NCBI GenBank assembly: GCA_040767085.1
Contig: JAXGPF010000020.1
Coordinates: 1 to 33,852 of the forward strand
Direction: 5' to 3'
DNA from: Kiritimatiellia bacterium
GTDB lineage: Bacteria; Verrucomicrobiota; Kiritimatiellia; JAAZAB01
DNA: 33,852 nucleotides
This document shows, piece by piece, positions 1-11,940 of the stretch. Made by a program: the position numbers and the translations under genes. Each line of letters starts with the position of its first letter. Within the stretch, counting starts at the first letter, position 1. The notes below the pieces were generated by a model. It did not search any database. It saw nothing but the letters and a program-made list of their open reading frames with translations, and had not been told where the DNA came from.

Positions 1-1432
1 GCTGGTTTTGAAAAACGCTCATGCCGTTCAGCAGGTTGTAAAAATTCGAAAGCGCCACATGCACGCCCAATTCGGCCTGCATCTGGAGCATGCCGGCAAT
101 GAACAGGCAATGGGCCGCATCCATGGGCTCGCGCACGGAGTATGGTTCGCCATTGGCGGAAAGGCCCTGGGCATGCAACCAGTAATTCCATTCGGTAAAG
201 CCGATCTTGAGCGGCAACCCGCGCGCGGCGATGGCGGCGATGATCTCAAGCAAATCCCGGCGATTCTTTTCCACGCTCTCGGCGGCATTGCAGACCTGGT
301 CCGCCGCATTGTCCTTCAACTGCCCCTTGTAATACTGGTAGGCCACCATGTCCAGCAAGCCGCCGGCCTCGTCCAGCAGTTGCGCCCGCCAGGGATCCTT
401 GTCCACGAAGGAATAAATCCCGATGATTTTGCAATGGGGATAATTGGTCTTCAACAGCGGAACGGTTTCGCGCAGGAGTTCCAGGTAGTTATGAATCCCC
501 ATGTGCGACATCGAGTGGCGCGCATATTGCTCGTTGCCGACCTGGAACAAGATGAGCGGCGGGTTGACCCCGGCTTGCCGGTAGTAGGCCTGGCAGAAAT
601 CGGCCAGGTCGGCGGCATCGGCCGGCGTCCCCTGGCCCAGCGGCAGGGTCAACTGGGGCGTGCAATCAAGCTCCCGGCACAAATCGAGGAATTCGCGCAG
701 CCCGAAATCATAAGCGATTTTGTGATTGAATTGGGGGTCCGGACACACCGGCCGGCGCTCCACCGGCCCGAGCCCTTTGCGCCAGTCGTAAACCGTACTG
801 ATGCATCCGCCGGGAAAGCGCAAGGCGCCCATGTTCAAGGAGCGAAAAGCTTCCACCACCTCCCGCGATAAAAACTGGCCCCTGGGCCGCAAGTGGACCT
901 GGTCCAGATGCAGTTCGCCGTGGCCGGCCGCCGCCAGATGGAAGGTCGCCCGCGCGCAATCCGCCGGAATTTTCACCGGAGCCTGGAAAATTTTCCAGCA
1001 GGGCGTATCCACCATGATTTCCGCGCTGGCCAGCGGCGGGGAGCGCATGGCTTCGGTTTTGACCGCAAACGACAACTTGACCGGCGCGTGCCGGGTTTTG
1101 GCCGCAACCTGGATTTCCAGTTCCTCGCCGGCGGCGACATGCAGGCCGCCTTGCCGGAGCGAGCAGGGCGGGGTCAGCAGCAGCGCTTCACTGCCGGACC
1201 ATCCCAGGCCCGGCACCGACCGGCAATGCGACACGCTGCCGCCATGCCAGCCTGGCGGCACGCCGAACAAATCCGCCGGCCCGAAAAATTTCGGATTGCG
1301 CAGCCGATCCGCCAGCAGACCGTCATGGCAGGCGCCGGTCATCTCCAGGTTGTAACCCTTCAGATGCCGGGAGATAGCATGGCTTTCGGCCAGACCATCG
1401 GGGAATTCGATGCGCAGGGATTGGATTTGCAT
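1..1432 (-). CDS. GH51 alpha-L-arabinofuranosidase-like glycoside hydrolase (3' end truncated by window edge; not in ORF track)
   Basis: Manual translation from ATG at 1432 (MQIQSLRIEF...) stays open to base 1. Contains LRFPGGC, YDWRKGLGPVERRP, acid/base motif GNE (FQVGNEQY) and nucleophile-region IGFTEWN typical of GH51. Starts 3 nt after the upstream stop. Confidence 0.85.
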   Translation of the reverse strand, partial: MQIQSLRIEFPDGLAESHAISRHLKGYNLEMTGACHDGLLADRLRNPKFFGPADLFGVPPGWHGGSVSHCRSVPGLGWSGSEALLLTPPCSLRQGGLHVAAGEELEIQVAAKTRHAPVKLSFAVKTEAMRSPPLASAEIMVDTPCWKIFQAPVKIPADCARATFHLAAAGHGELHLDQVHLRPRGQFLSREVVEAFRSLNMGALRFPGGCISTVYDWRKGLGPVERRPVCPDPQFNHKIAYDFGLREFLDLCRELDCTPQLTLPLGQGTPADAADLADFCQAYYRQAGVNPPLILFQVGNEQYARHSMSHMGIHNYLELLRETVPLLKTNYPHCKIIGIYSFVDKDPWRAQLLDEAGGLLDMVAYQYYKGQLKDNAADQVCNAAESVEKNRRDLLEIIAAIAARGLPLKIGFTEWNYWLHAQGLSANGEPYSVREPMDAAHCLFIAGMLQMQAELGVHVALSNFYNLLNGMSVFQNQ

Positions 1433-1435
1433 GGT

Positions 1436-2602
1436 TTATTGCATGAAATGCCGGTCCATGTCCGGATCCAGCGGCACGGCATCCTTGGCGGTGATTTCAT
1501 ACCCCGTTTCGATGCGCACGCCGTTGAATTCCGGGTGTCCGAAAAAGCTGATGTCCACGCAGACGGTCATGCCGGGTTGCAGGACGTCGTCGCTGTTGGG
1601 GCCGAAAAACGGCGCCTCGGCTTCCAGCAGGCCGATGGTGTGAACGAAGGGGCAGACCAGGTATTTGGCGAATCCGTTTTGATTGAAATAGGCGCGCGCC
1701 GGCGCGTCAATTTCACGTCCCGCCATCCCGGGCTGCAATTGGGCGCGGGTCATTTGAAAAGCCTTTTTCAGGTGGTTGACGCATTCCTGCTGGCGCGCGG
1801 TGTATTTTCCGGAAACCGGCAGCACGTCGCCCGTCACGCCGGCGTACCCCCGCACCTTGGGCGCCAGCCCGATCATGACCAGTTCGCCCTCTGCCAGCGG
1901 TTTGGTGCTCGCAGTCGGCACCACCGCGTTGGAGCGCGCGCCGCTGCCCACGATGGCGCTGAAGCCGAAGCCGGTGGCGCCGCGGCTGCGCGCGGCGAAT
2001 TCGCCGGCCGCGGCCACGGCAATCTCGGTCACGCCGGGCTTGATCGCCGCTTTCATGGCGGCGTAGGAGTGGCCGGCCAACTGGAAGGCCGCGCGAATCT
2101 GCTCGCGTTCCCAGGCGGATTTGAGGTGGCGGAGTTTTAAAAAATCGCCGGTAATGTCCACCAGTTCGCATCCCTGCAAGCCGGCCTTGATCTGCTCCAG
2201 GCAGTCGGCGGGCATGCGTCCGCCGCCGACCAGACCGACGCGTTTGATTTGACCCAACTGTCCGCGGAGTTCGGCAAACAAGGCGGGGAAATCAAGGATG
2301 ACGGCATTGGGATATTCCTCGTCCGGCACCATGAACACGGGGAAGTTCCGGGTTTCTTTGATCGCGCTGTCCAGCTTGGCGAAGGGCTCGCTTTCAGGTC
2401 CGCCCAGAATCATGGGCGCCCCGGCGCGGGGCACCAGCACCGCCCCGCTTTCAAATTGCGGGCACCAGCCGGTCAGGTACCAGCCATTGCCGATGTTGAA
2501 TTCATCGTAGTAAATCAACGCGAAGTCCAGCGCGTGTTGGTTGAGCAATGCGCGCACCGCGTCCAGCCTGCGATCCCGTTCCGCGTCCGTCAGATATGCC
2601 AT
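1436..2602 (-). CDS. M24 (Xaa-Pro peptidase/creatinase) fold protein with degenerate metal ligands
   Basis: N-terminal creatinase-like domain (WYLTG), LRHLKSAWE, HTIGL, LQPGMTV, GVRIE. SD GGAGG upstream of ATG. Confidence 0.85.
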   Translation of the reverse strand: MAYLTDAERDRRLDAVRALLNQHALDFALIYYDEFNIGNGWYLTGWCPQFESGAVLVPRAGAPMILGGPESEPFAKLDSAIKETRNFPVFMVPDEEYPNAVILDFPALFAELRGQLGQIKRVGLVGGGRMPADCLEQIKAGLQGCELVDITGDFLKLRHLKSAWEREQIRAAFQLAGHSYAAMKAAIKPGVTEIAVAAAGEFAARSRGATGFGFSAIVGSGARSNAVVPTASTKPLAEGELVMIGLAPKVRGYAGVTGDVLPVSGKYTARQQECVNHLKKAFQMTRAQLQPGMAGREIDAPARAYFNQNGFAKYLVCPFVHTIGLLEAEAPFFGPNSDDVLQPGMTVCVDISFFGHPEFNGVRIETGYEITAKDAVPLDPDMDRHFMQ

Positions 2603-2626
2603 GATGTCCTCCTGTTGGTTTGATGC

Positions 2627-3727
2627 TTACAGATTGGGGCGGCGCTGCTCCCGGGACGGGCCGGCGCCCGAACTTTCACGCACCGCCAGTTTCGGCAGCA
2701 GTTGGATGCGGCACATCGGCAATTGCGGATGGCGCTGCCGTTCCAGGATGTGTTCCGCGGCCAGGCGGCCGAGCTGCCGGTAATCCAGCACGACGGTGGT
2801 CAGGGATGGAATGGCGTGGGCGCCGATCGGCAACCCATCGCATCCGGCCACCGCCACTTTGCCCGGCACGGCGATCCGGGCGTCATGCAACGCCCGCAGG
2901 ACGCCCAATGCCATTTCATCGTTGGTGAAGACGGCGTCGAATTGCACGCCTTGCGCCAAAGCCGCCATGATTTCCCGCCGGGCGCCGGCGGCGGTAAAGT
3001 CCGCCGTCCGGATCAGCGCGGGATCCGCCCGGACGCCGCTTTGCTCCAAGACCTCCCGGTAACCGCGCTCGATGTCAATCGAGAAATAATGTTCGCACGG
3101 CCCCTTGATCAGCAATATCCGGCCGCGGCCCTGGGCCTGCAAATGTTTGACGGCCAGGCGCGCCGCGGCCGCGTTGTCAAAGCTGATGGATTCGCATTGC
3201 TGCTCGGCGGCGGCATCGGCGTGCCGGTCCACCAGGATGGGGTGGGGGGCGAGGCTGATCAGGCTCTGCATGCGGTCGGCCTGAAACCATCCGATGAGCA
3301 TCAGAATCTGGGGCCGGGTGCGGCGCAGCGCCTCGCATAACAAAATAAAATTATCGTAGTCCGCGTCGCACATGCGGATCATGCAATCGTAGCCATGCTG
3401 ACGCAGGGTCAGTTCGATTTCGCCAAAAAGCTGGGTATGGTAGAGATTGCCGCCGCCGATGGCGGTGCCGACTATGATTTCACATGCCGGGCCGGTCCGC
3501 CCGGCGCCGGGTTGGACGCGGCGCGGCCGCCCCATCCGCGCGTTGAAACGGTATCCCATCTTGATCGCCATATCCCGGACGCGGCGCTGGGTGGCCGTGG
3601 CGCTCGGTTCGGTGGCGCGCAAAGCGCGGCTGACCGTCATTGAGCTTACGCCGCAGGCCTGCGCCAAAAGCCGCATGGAGGGCGCCGGCGCAGCGGGTTT
3701 CTCTGGGCATGGGTTGCTCATTTGCAT
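2627..3727 (-). CDS. LacI-family transcriptional regulator (start possibly ATG at 3721)
   Basis: HTH LAQACGVSSMTVSRAL; sugar-binding domain motifs FDAVFTNDEMALG, VPGKVAVAGCDG, PSLTTV. Confidence 0.92.
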   Translation of the reverse strand: MQMSNPCPEKPAAPAPSMRLLAQACGVSSMTVSRALRATEPSATATQRRVRDMAIKMGYRFNARMGRPRRVQPGAGRTGPACEIIVGTAIGGGNLYHTQLFGEIELTLRQHGYDCMIRMCDADYDNFILLCEALRRTRPQILMLIGWFQADRMQSLISLAPHPILVDRHADAAAEQQCESISFDNAAAARLAVKHLQAQGRGRILLIKGPCEHYFSIDIERGYREVLEQSGVRADPALIRTADFTAAGARREIMAALAQGVQFDAVFTNDEMALGVLRALHDARIAVPGKVAVAGCDGLPIGAHAIPSLTTVVLDYRQLGRLAAEHILERQRHPQLPMCRIQLLPKLAVRESSGAGPSREQRRPNL

Positions 3728-3729
3728 GA

Positions 3730-3757
3730 ACTATAACATGATTAACGTTATAGTCAA
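3730..3757 (-). promoter_or_regulatory. Sigma70-like promoter of the LacI operon overlapped by a LacI-type operator
   Basis: Minus strand TTGACT-16nt-TATAGT with extended TG. Spacer contains palindrome TAACGTTA (3743-3750); flanking inverted repeat ACTATAAC (3730-3737)/GTTATAGT (3747-3754). Confidence 0.7.
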
Positions 3758-3969
3758 GCGAAATCCGGACTGACCGCAAAAAAAAGCAATGACGGAAATT
3801 GGAGGTTGTGCAGGAAGGTGACGCCGACTGCAAATTTGCCGCAAGATCGCAATGAAAAATTTTGGGATGTTTCAGACTGGTATCGGTAGGGCGCAGTGTC
3901 ACACTAAGGTCCGGCATTCCTTCGCGATCTTTGCGTTCCTGGCAGTGAATTTCGGAATGCGGCCCGCAG

Positions 3970-4719
3970 CTAATCGCTGACACCGTCGGGATGATACCGG
4001 CGCATGGCCCGGCTCATTTCACGCACTGCGGCCTGCATGCCGATCAAGACGGCCCGCGCTACGATGCTGTGTCCGATATTCAAGGTGTCGAGATGCGGCA
4101 CCCGCATGATGCCGTCCAGGTTATCCAGGTTGATGCCATGCCCCGCGTTGACTTGCAGCCCGATCTGATTGGCCAGGATGGCGCCTTGAATGAGTTTGTT
4201 CAGTTCGGCGCTGCGGCGCTGACCGCGGGCGTTGCAGTAAGTGCCCGTGTGCAACTCGATGACCGGCGCGCCGACCGCTGCGGCCGCCCGAATCTGTCGC
4301 ACATCCGGATCGATGAACAAGCTCACACGGATACCGGCCGCGGCCAGCCGGCCCGCCGTCGCCTTGATGGCTGGTTGGTGGCCGGCGACATCCAGGCCGC
4401 CCTCGGTGGTCAATTCCCGGCGTTTTTCCGGCACAAGGCATACCTCATCCGGCTGGGCTTTTAACGCGATTTCCACGATTTCATGGCAATTGGCCATTTC
4501 CAGGTTCAACGGTACTTTCAAACCGCGCCGCAGTTCGAATAAGTCGCCGTCCTGGATATGGCGGCGGTCTTCGCGCAGGTGAATCGTGATGCTCTGCGCT
4601 CCTGCTTTTTCGCAGAGTTGCGCGGCGGCCATGGGGCTGGGATAATCCACGCCGCGCGCCTGCCGCAAGGTGGCCACATGGTCAATATTGACTCCTAACC
4701 TTAACATATGCTTTGGCAT
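3970..4719 (-). CDS. pdxJ: Pyridoxine 5'-phosphate synthase
   Basis: LGVNIDHVATLRQAR, ITIHLREDRRHIQ, VPEKRRELTTEGGLD, IELHTG, VNAGHG, LNIGHSI. Confidence 0.97.
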   Translation of the reverse strand: MPKHMLRLGVNIDHVATLRQARGVDYPSPMAAAQLCEKAGAQSITIHLREDRRHIQDGDLFELRRGLKVPLNLEMANCHEIVEIALKAQPDEVCLVPEKRRELTTEGGLDVAGHQPAIKATAGRLAAAGIRVSLFIDPDVRQIRAAAAVGAPVIELHTGTYCNARGQRRSAELNKLIQGAILANQIGLQVNAGHGINLDNLDGIMRVPHLDTLNIGHSIVARAVLIGMQAAVREMSRAMRRYHPDGVSD

Positions 4720-4756
4720 TTAACGCTCCCTTATTCTGCGCCCGAAAATATTTTTC

Positions 4757-4785
4757 ATATTAACGCAGGCCCGCTGCAATGACAA
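4757..4785 (-). promoter_or_regulatory. Sigma70-like promoter of pdxJ
   Basis: TTGTCA-17nt-TAATAT on minus strand; GGGAG SD before the ATG. Confidence 0.55.
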
Positions 4786-4805
4786 GTTGAAACTTCGAGT
4801 CCGCA

Positions 4806-5681
4806 TCAACCGGGCCGGCGCCCACGGATAAAATGCGGCCGTCCGGCATAATCATCGGCCGTCGCAATCTCCGTAAGCCCCGCCGCCTCAAGGCATTGTC
4901 GCAACTGGCGCATCCGCGCCGGCGCAAATTCCATAAACAAACTGCCGCCCGGTTTCAGGCACCGGGCGGCCTGCGGCGCTAATTGCGCCGCCGCCTGCAT
5001 GCCGTCATCGCCCGCCAGCAGGGCCGCTGGTGGTTCGAAATCGCGGATATGCCGCGGTAATCCCCGCCATTCGGCGGCCGTGACGTAAGGCGGGTTGGCA
5101 ATCACCGCGTCGAAATGTCCGGCCGGCTGGCTGGCCAGCAGGTCGCCCAGTTGCAGGTCAACGCGTCCGGCGACGCCATGGCGTGCGGCGTTTTCCCGGG
5201 CCAGGTCCAGCGCATCCTGGCTGATGTCCGTGCCGACGCAACGGGCGCCCGGCAACTCCGCGGCGATGGTGACGCTGATGCAGCCGCTCCCTACGCCGGC
5301 CTCGGCAACGGCTGATGCCGGCGCCGTGGAAAGCGCCGGATCGCGCAGGAACCATGCCACCAGCAATTCCGTCTCGGGCCGCGGGATCAACGCCCGGCGG
5401 TCGCATTTGAAAGCGCGTCCGAAAAATTCCGTTTCACCCGCCAGGTATTGCCAGGGCAGCCCCGCGGCCAGGCGCGCCAGGTCGGCGCGCAAGGCCGGCA
5501 GGATCTCCGGGGGGATGGCGGCCGCGTAATGCAGCGGCAATTCCAGCCGCGGGCAATGCAGGGCGCGGCTGACCAGCAGCTCTGCCAGCAGCCGGCATTC
5601 CTCCGGGTGAACATCCCGCAGCGCATCCGCCGCGGATTGGATGAATGCGGCCGCGTTGACGGTGGGCATAGGCATCGGCAT
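4806..5681 (-). CDS. prmC: Release factor glutamine methyltransferase
   Basis: ALIPRPETE, GVGSGCI SAM motif, NPPY; ATG overlaps prfA TGA (TGATG). Confidence 0.95.
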   Translation of the reverse strand: MPMPMPTVNAAAFIQSAADALRDVHPEECRLLAELLVSRALHCPRLELPLHYAAAIPPEILPALRADLARLAAGLPWQYLAGETEFFGRAFKCDRRALIPRPETELLVAWFLRDPALSTAPASAVAEAGVGSGCISVTIAAELPGARCVGTDISQDALDLARENAARHGVAGRVDLQLGDLLASQPAGHFDAVIANPPYVTAAEWRGLPRHIRDFEPPAALLAGDDGMQAAAQLAPQAARCLKPGGSLFMEFAPARMRQLRQCLEAAGLTEIATADDYAGRPHFIRGRRPG

Positions 5682-6796
5682 CAAGCGTCCAGCAGCCGGT
5701 TCAAATCCGCGCCAGCCTGCATCCGCCGCGCCAGACGGTCCTCCTGCAAGGCCTCCAGCAGGGCCGCGAGGTCGCCTTCCATCACGCGTCCCAGGTTGTA
5801 CGCGGTGTAGTTGATGCGGTGATCGGTGACACGGTTCTGGGGGAAATTGTAGGTGCGGATCCGTTCGCTGCGTTCTCCGGTGCCGATCTGGGCCCGGCGT
5901 TCGTCGCCGATTTCCCGGACATTTTGCGCGCGCTGGAGGGCTAACAGGTGCGAACGCAGGACACGCATGGCCTTGGCGCGGTTTTTGTGCTGGGAGCGTT
6001 CCTCCTGACTGGCAACGACAATGCCGGAGGGCAAATGGGTGATGCGGACGGCGGAATCGGTTTTATTGACGTGCTGGCCGCCGGCGCCGGAGGCGCGGTA
6101 AACGTCAATCTTCAAATCCTCCGGTTTGATATCAATCTCGTCCACCTCGGCAGCTTCGGGCAGCACCGCCACGGTGACAGTGGAGGTATGGATGCGGCCG
6201 CAGGCCTCGGTCACGGGCACCCGCTGCACGCGGTGCGTGCCGGCCTCGAATTGCAGCGCCCGGTAAACGTTTTCGCCTTGGAGGGCGAACACCACTTCCT
6301 TGTAGCCGCCGGTTTCCGAAGGGCTGGCATCCATCAATTCCACCCGCCAGCCCTGGCTTTCGGCGAAGCGGGTGTACATGCGCAGCAGGTCGCCGGCGAA
6401 CAGCGACGCTTCCTGGCCGCCGGCGCCGGCGCGGATTTCCATGATGGTATTGCGGTTGTCGGTCGGTTCGGGCGGAATCAATTCCAGCAGGAGCTGGCGT
6501 TCCAACTCCGGCAGCCCGGCTTCCATTTCCGGCAACTCTGCGCGGGCCATGGCCTGCAATTCCGGATCGGTGCCCTTGTCATTCAGTAATTCCAGGTGCC
6601 CGTCGCGCGCCTGGCGCGCTTGCAGAATGGCGCCCGTCTTGTCGGCAATCTTCTTCAGGCGGGCGTGGGCCTTGATCAGGTCGCGCAGGATCGCGGGATT
6701 GGCGGCGGCCGCCGGGTCAGCCATGCGTTGTTCGCGTTCGTCGAGGCGGCGTTGAACTTCCGCCAGAAATCCCGGATCGATATTGACCTTGACCAT
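5681..6796 (-). CDS. prfA: Peptide chain release factor 1
   Basis: [21 protein letters not shown] (PxT, RF1-specific), [32 protein letters not shown]. Confidence 0.97.
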   Translation of the reverse strand: MVKVNIDPGFLAEVQRRLDEREQRMADPAAAANPAILRDLIKAHARLKKIADKTGAILQARQARDGHLELLNDKGTDPELQAMARAELPEMEAGLPELERQLLLELIPPEPTDNRNTIMEIRAGAGGQEASLFAGDLLRMYTRFAESQGWRVELMDASPSETGGYKEVVFALQGENVYRALQFEAGTHRVQRVPVTEACGRIHTSTVTVAVLPEAAEVDEIDIKPEDLKIDVYRASGAGGQHVNKTDSAVRITHLPSGIVVASQEERSQHKNRAKAMRVLRSHLLALQRAQNVREIGDERRAQIGTGERSERIRTYNFPQNRVTDHRINYTAYNLGRVMEGDLAALLEALQEDRLARRMQAGADLNRLLDA

Positions 6797-6949
6797 CGGG
6801 CACCGTTTAAACCGGAAAACACGCCGCGGAGGCAGGAACGCATTGCAGCAAACAGCCCCGGCGTCCGCCTGGATCCAAACCGGCCAGCCGCGCAGATAGC
6901 CGCCCGGTGCCGCCGCAGCGCGGGGTAGGGGTGGCGCGGGGACTCCGGT

Positions 6950-7150
6950 TTACTTGATGTTGTATTTCTTGCGGAACTGTTCCACGCGTCCAGCGGTATC
7001 CACCAGCTTCGAAGTGCCGGTATAAAAAGGATGGCACGCGGAGCAGGTATTGGTCTTCATGTCCTTGACCGTGGAACGGGTGTTGATCACATTTCCGCAG
7101 ATACAAGTAATAGTGGCGTCTTCGTATTTGGGATGAATGTCTTTTTTCAT
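6950..7150 (-). CDS. rpmE: 50S ribosomal protein L31 (Zn-binding type)
   Basis: [38 protein letters not shown] upstream of ATG 7150. Confidence 0.97.
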   Translation of the reverse strand: MKKDIHPKYEDATITCICGNVINTRSTVKDMKTNTCSACHPFYTGTSKLVDTAGRVEQFRKKYNIK

Positions 7151-7222
7151 GCGGCGCTTCTCCTGGCTGCTGCGGCGCGGCCATCCGCGGAATCGGCCGA
7201 TGCCGCGCCTGTAAATCGTTGA

Positions 7223-7251
7223 AACATAGCTGAAGTCCGGCAGCATTACAA
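7223..7251 (-). promoter_or_regulatory. Sigma70-like promoter of rpmE-prfA-prmC
   Basis: TTGTAA-17nt-TATGTT on minus strand. Confidence 0.5.
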
Positions 7252-7259
7252 TCAAAAAA

Positions 7260-7931
7260 TTATTTTAACGCGTTTTCCATGCGCCGGGCTTCGTTGAGTA
7301 TCAATGCGGCCGGCGTGGCGGGTATGATCAATCCCCGGAATTCCGGCTTGCGCAAGAGGAAGAAAAGGCGGGCCAGGATATGCAGGTGGATTTTCGGAGT
7401 GGGGCTGGCCATCACGAACAGGGCGTATACAGGCAGACCGTCCACGGCGGCAAACTCCAGCGGCTGATCCAGGAAACAGAGCGCCGCCAGCGGAGCGGGC
7501 AATTGGGGCATGGGCTCGCGCGGGTGCGGAATCGCTATGCCGTCGCCGACGCCGGTGGAAACCATTTCCTCCCGCTCCAATAACCGCTGTAGCAGCATTT
7601 CGTCAGGGATGGAATCCGGCAGCGGCAAATGTTCCACCGCCGCCGTCAGCGCCGTGCGCTTATCCCGGCCCGGCAGGCGGTGAAAGATACCGCCGCGTTC
7701 CAGGGCCTCGGCAAATGACGGCAGCGGCCCGGGCTCGTGGCTGGGGGATGCGAGCAATTCCGCGGGGATGGCGATTTTATGCGCTGCCAGCCAGCGGTGC
7801 AGGTCTTCGGACCGGCAGCGGCGTTCGCCCTGGTATTCGCCGGCCGGCAAACCCATGCGCGTGATCCATTGCTCCACGGTGGATCGGGAGGTGCGCAGCA
7901 TGCGGGAAATTTCGTCAACGGTCAAGTACAT
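7260..7931 (-). CDS. Excisionase-type HTH fused to PTS EIIA (PtsN/Ntr-like) domain
   Basis: N-terminal [40 protein letters not shown] phospho-His motif; [17 protein letters not shown]. Confidence 0.9.
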   Translation of the reverse strand: MYLTVDEISRMLRTSRSTVEQWITRMGLPAGEYQGERRCRSEDLHRWLAAHKIAIPAELLASPSHEPGPLPSFAEALERGGIFHRLPGRDKRTALTAAVEHLPLPDSIPDEMLLQRLLEREEMVSTGVGDGIAIPHPREPMPQLPAPLAALCFLDQPLEFAAVDGLPVYALFVMASPTPKIHLHILARLFFLLRKPEFRGLIIPATPAALILNEARRMENALK

Positions 7932-7938
7932 AGCAGTT

Positions 7939-8241
7939 TTATCCGGCGGAGGCCTTGGGTTTTTTGGCGGCTTTTTCCGGCTTGGCGGCAGGCTTGGCGG
8001 TCTTATCCGGCGCGGCCTTGGCAGTGCTTGAATCGGCCTGCGCGGCCTTGCGGTAACCCTCGCTGCGGTAATCGGTAATGTAAAAACCGCTGCCTTTGAA
8101 GATCAGCCCGGCGCCGCTGCCGATTTTACGGCGCAGTGGTCCGCGGCACTTGGGGCATTTTTTCAACGGCTCCGCCGTAATATTCTGGAAGAATTCAAAT
8201 TCATGTCCGCATTTGCGGCATTCATACTCGTATGTCGGCAT
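7939..8241 (-). CDS. FmdB-family zinc ribbon protein with Lys/Ala-rich tail
   Basis: MPTYEYECRKCG...CPKC...IFKGSGFYITDY. Confidence 0.92.
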   Translation of the reverse strand: MPTYEYECRKCGHEFEFFQNITAEPLKKCPKCRGPLRRKIGSGAGLIFKGSGFYITDYRSEGYRKAAQADSSTAKAAPDKTAKPAAKPEKAAKKPKASAG

Positions 8242-8361
8242 ATGGCAGCAATCCTTTCCCAGGCTTAGGGTATATTATCCCGGTTTTGCGACTCAGCAAA
8301 AAACGCATGTTATTATATGGCACCGGCTGCCGATAGGCAATATTATATTCACGCGCTCAAC

Positions 8362-8390
8362 TTGACATGCGCGGCGCCATGGGGTATACA
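8362..8390 (+). promoter_or_regulatory. Sigma70-like promoter of GH2 gene
   Basis: TTGACA-17nt-TATACA. Confidence 0.6.
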
Positions 8391-8450
8391 GGTTTTGATT
8401 GCATGCCGGTTCTCGGAGGAATTTTTCCTTCGTGTTTTTTGCCATCGTGA

Positions 8451-11615
<3,165 letters not shown>

Positions 11616-11661
11616 CAGGCGCCGCCGTCCAGACGCGCGCGCAGGGCTGCGTAATGCGAAG

Positions 11662-11809
11662 CGGCTCGCTCTCGCGCCAAACGGGACAAGCCGGAGGTTT
11701 ACCCCGCTTTGAGCGGGGTCTCGCCCTACCCATGGCAAATGCTTGTGAAAATGGTAGGGCGAGGTCTCCCTGCGTCGCTGAAGCTATGCAGGACAAGCCG
11801 ACCGAGCCG
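11662..11809. repeat. Inverted pair of GTAG-type REP-like elements interrupted by small hairpin units
   Basis: CTCGCCCTACC (11720-11730) and GGTAGGGCGAG (11753-11763) are perfect inverted repeats; outer CGGCTCG (11662-11668)/CGAGCCG (11803-11809); internal hairpins at 11701-11719 and 11769-11792. Confidence 0.7.
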
Positions 11810-11864
11810 TCTTTTCCGAGAAATACACCGCCTTAGGCCCGCGCCAAGTTTTTTCACCCCGGCA

Positions 11865-11893
11865 TTGACTGTGCCCGCGCGGTGGAATATAAT
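11865..11893 (+). promoter_or_regulatory. Near-consensus sigma70 promoter of rpe-lepA-lepB
   Basis: TTGACT-17nt-TATAAT. Confidence 0.8.
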
Positions 11894-11940
11894 GCACGGC
11901 TAATTGTTTTCAGGATCACGGACAAACGGGATGGCGCCGC

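Noticed and set aside
8-2140. Long plus-strand ORFs 8-871 and 893-2140
   Set aside because: Antisense shadows of the GH51 and M24 genes; no motifs; expected in GC-rich DNA.
3880-3950. GGTAGGGCG plus CTTCGCGATCTTTGCG fragments as a REP copy
   Set aside because: Match to the 11.7 kb element is only 9 nt with no partner arm; too degenerate to call.
5661-5681. ATGCCN triple repeat at the prmC start as a phase-variable tract
   Set aside because: Only three imperfect in-frame units.
5681-6796. Programmed frameshift as in prfB
   Set aside because: The PVT motif identifies RF1 and the frame is continuous.
7151-7255. N-terminal extensions from the ORF track for rpmE (also lepA, SDR, protease, MotA-like gene)
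   Set aside because: Downstream ATGs fit family starts, SD positions or promoter placement better.
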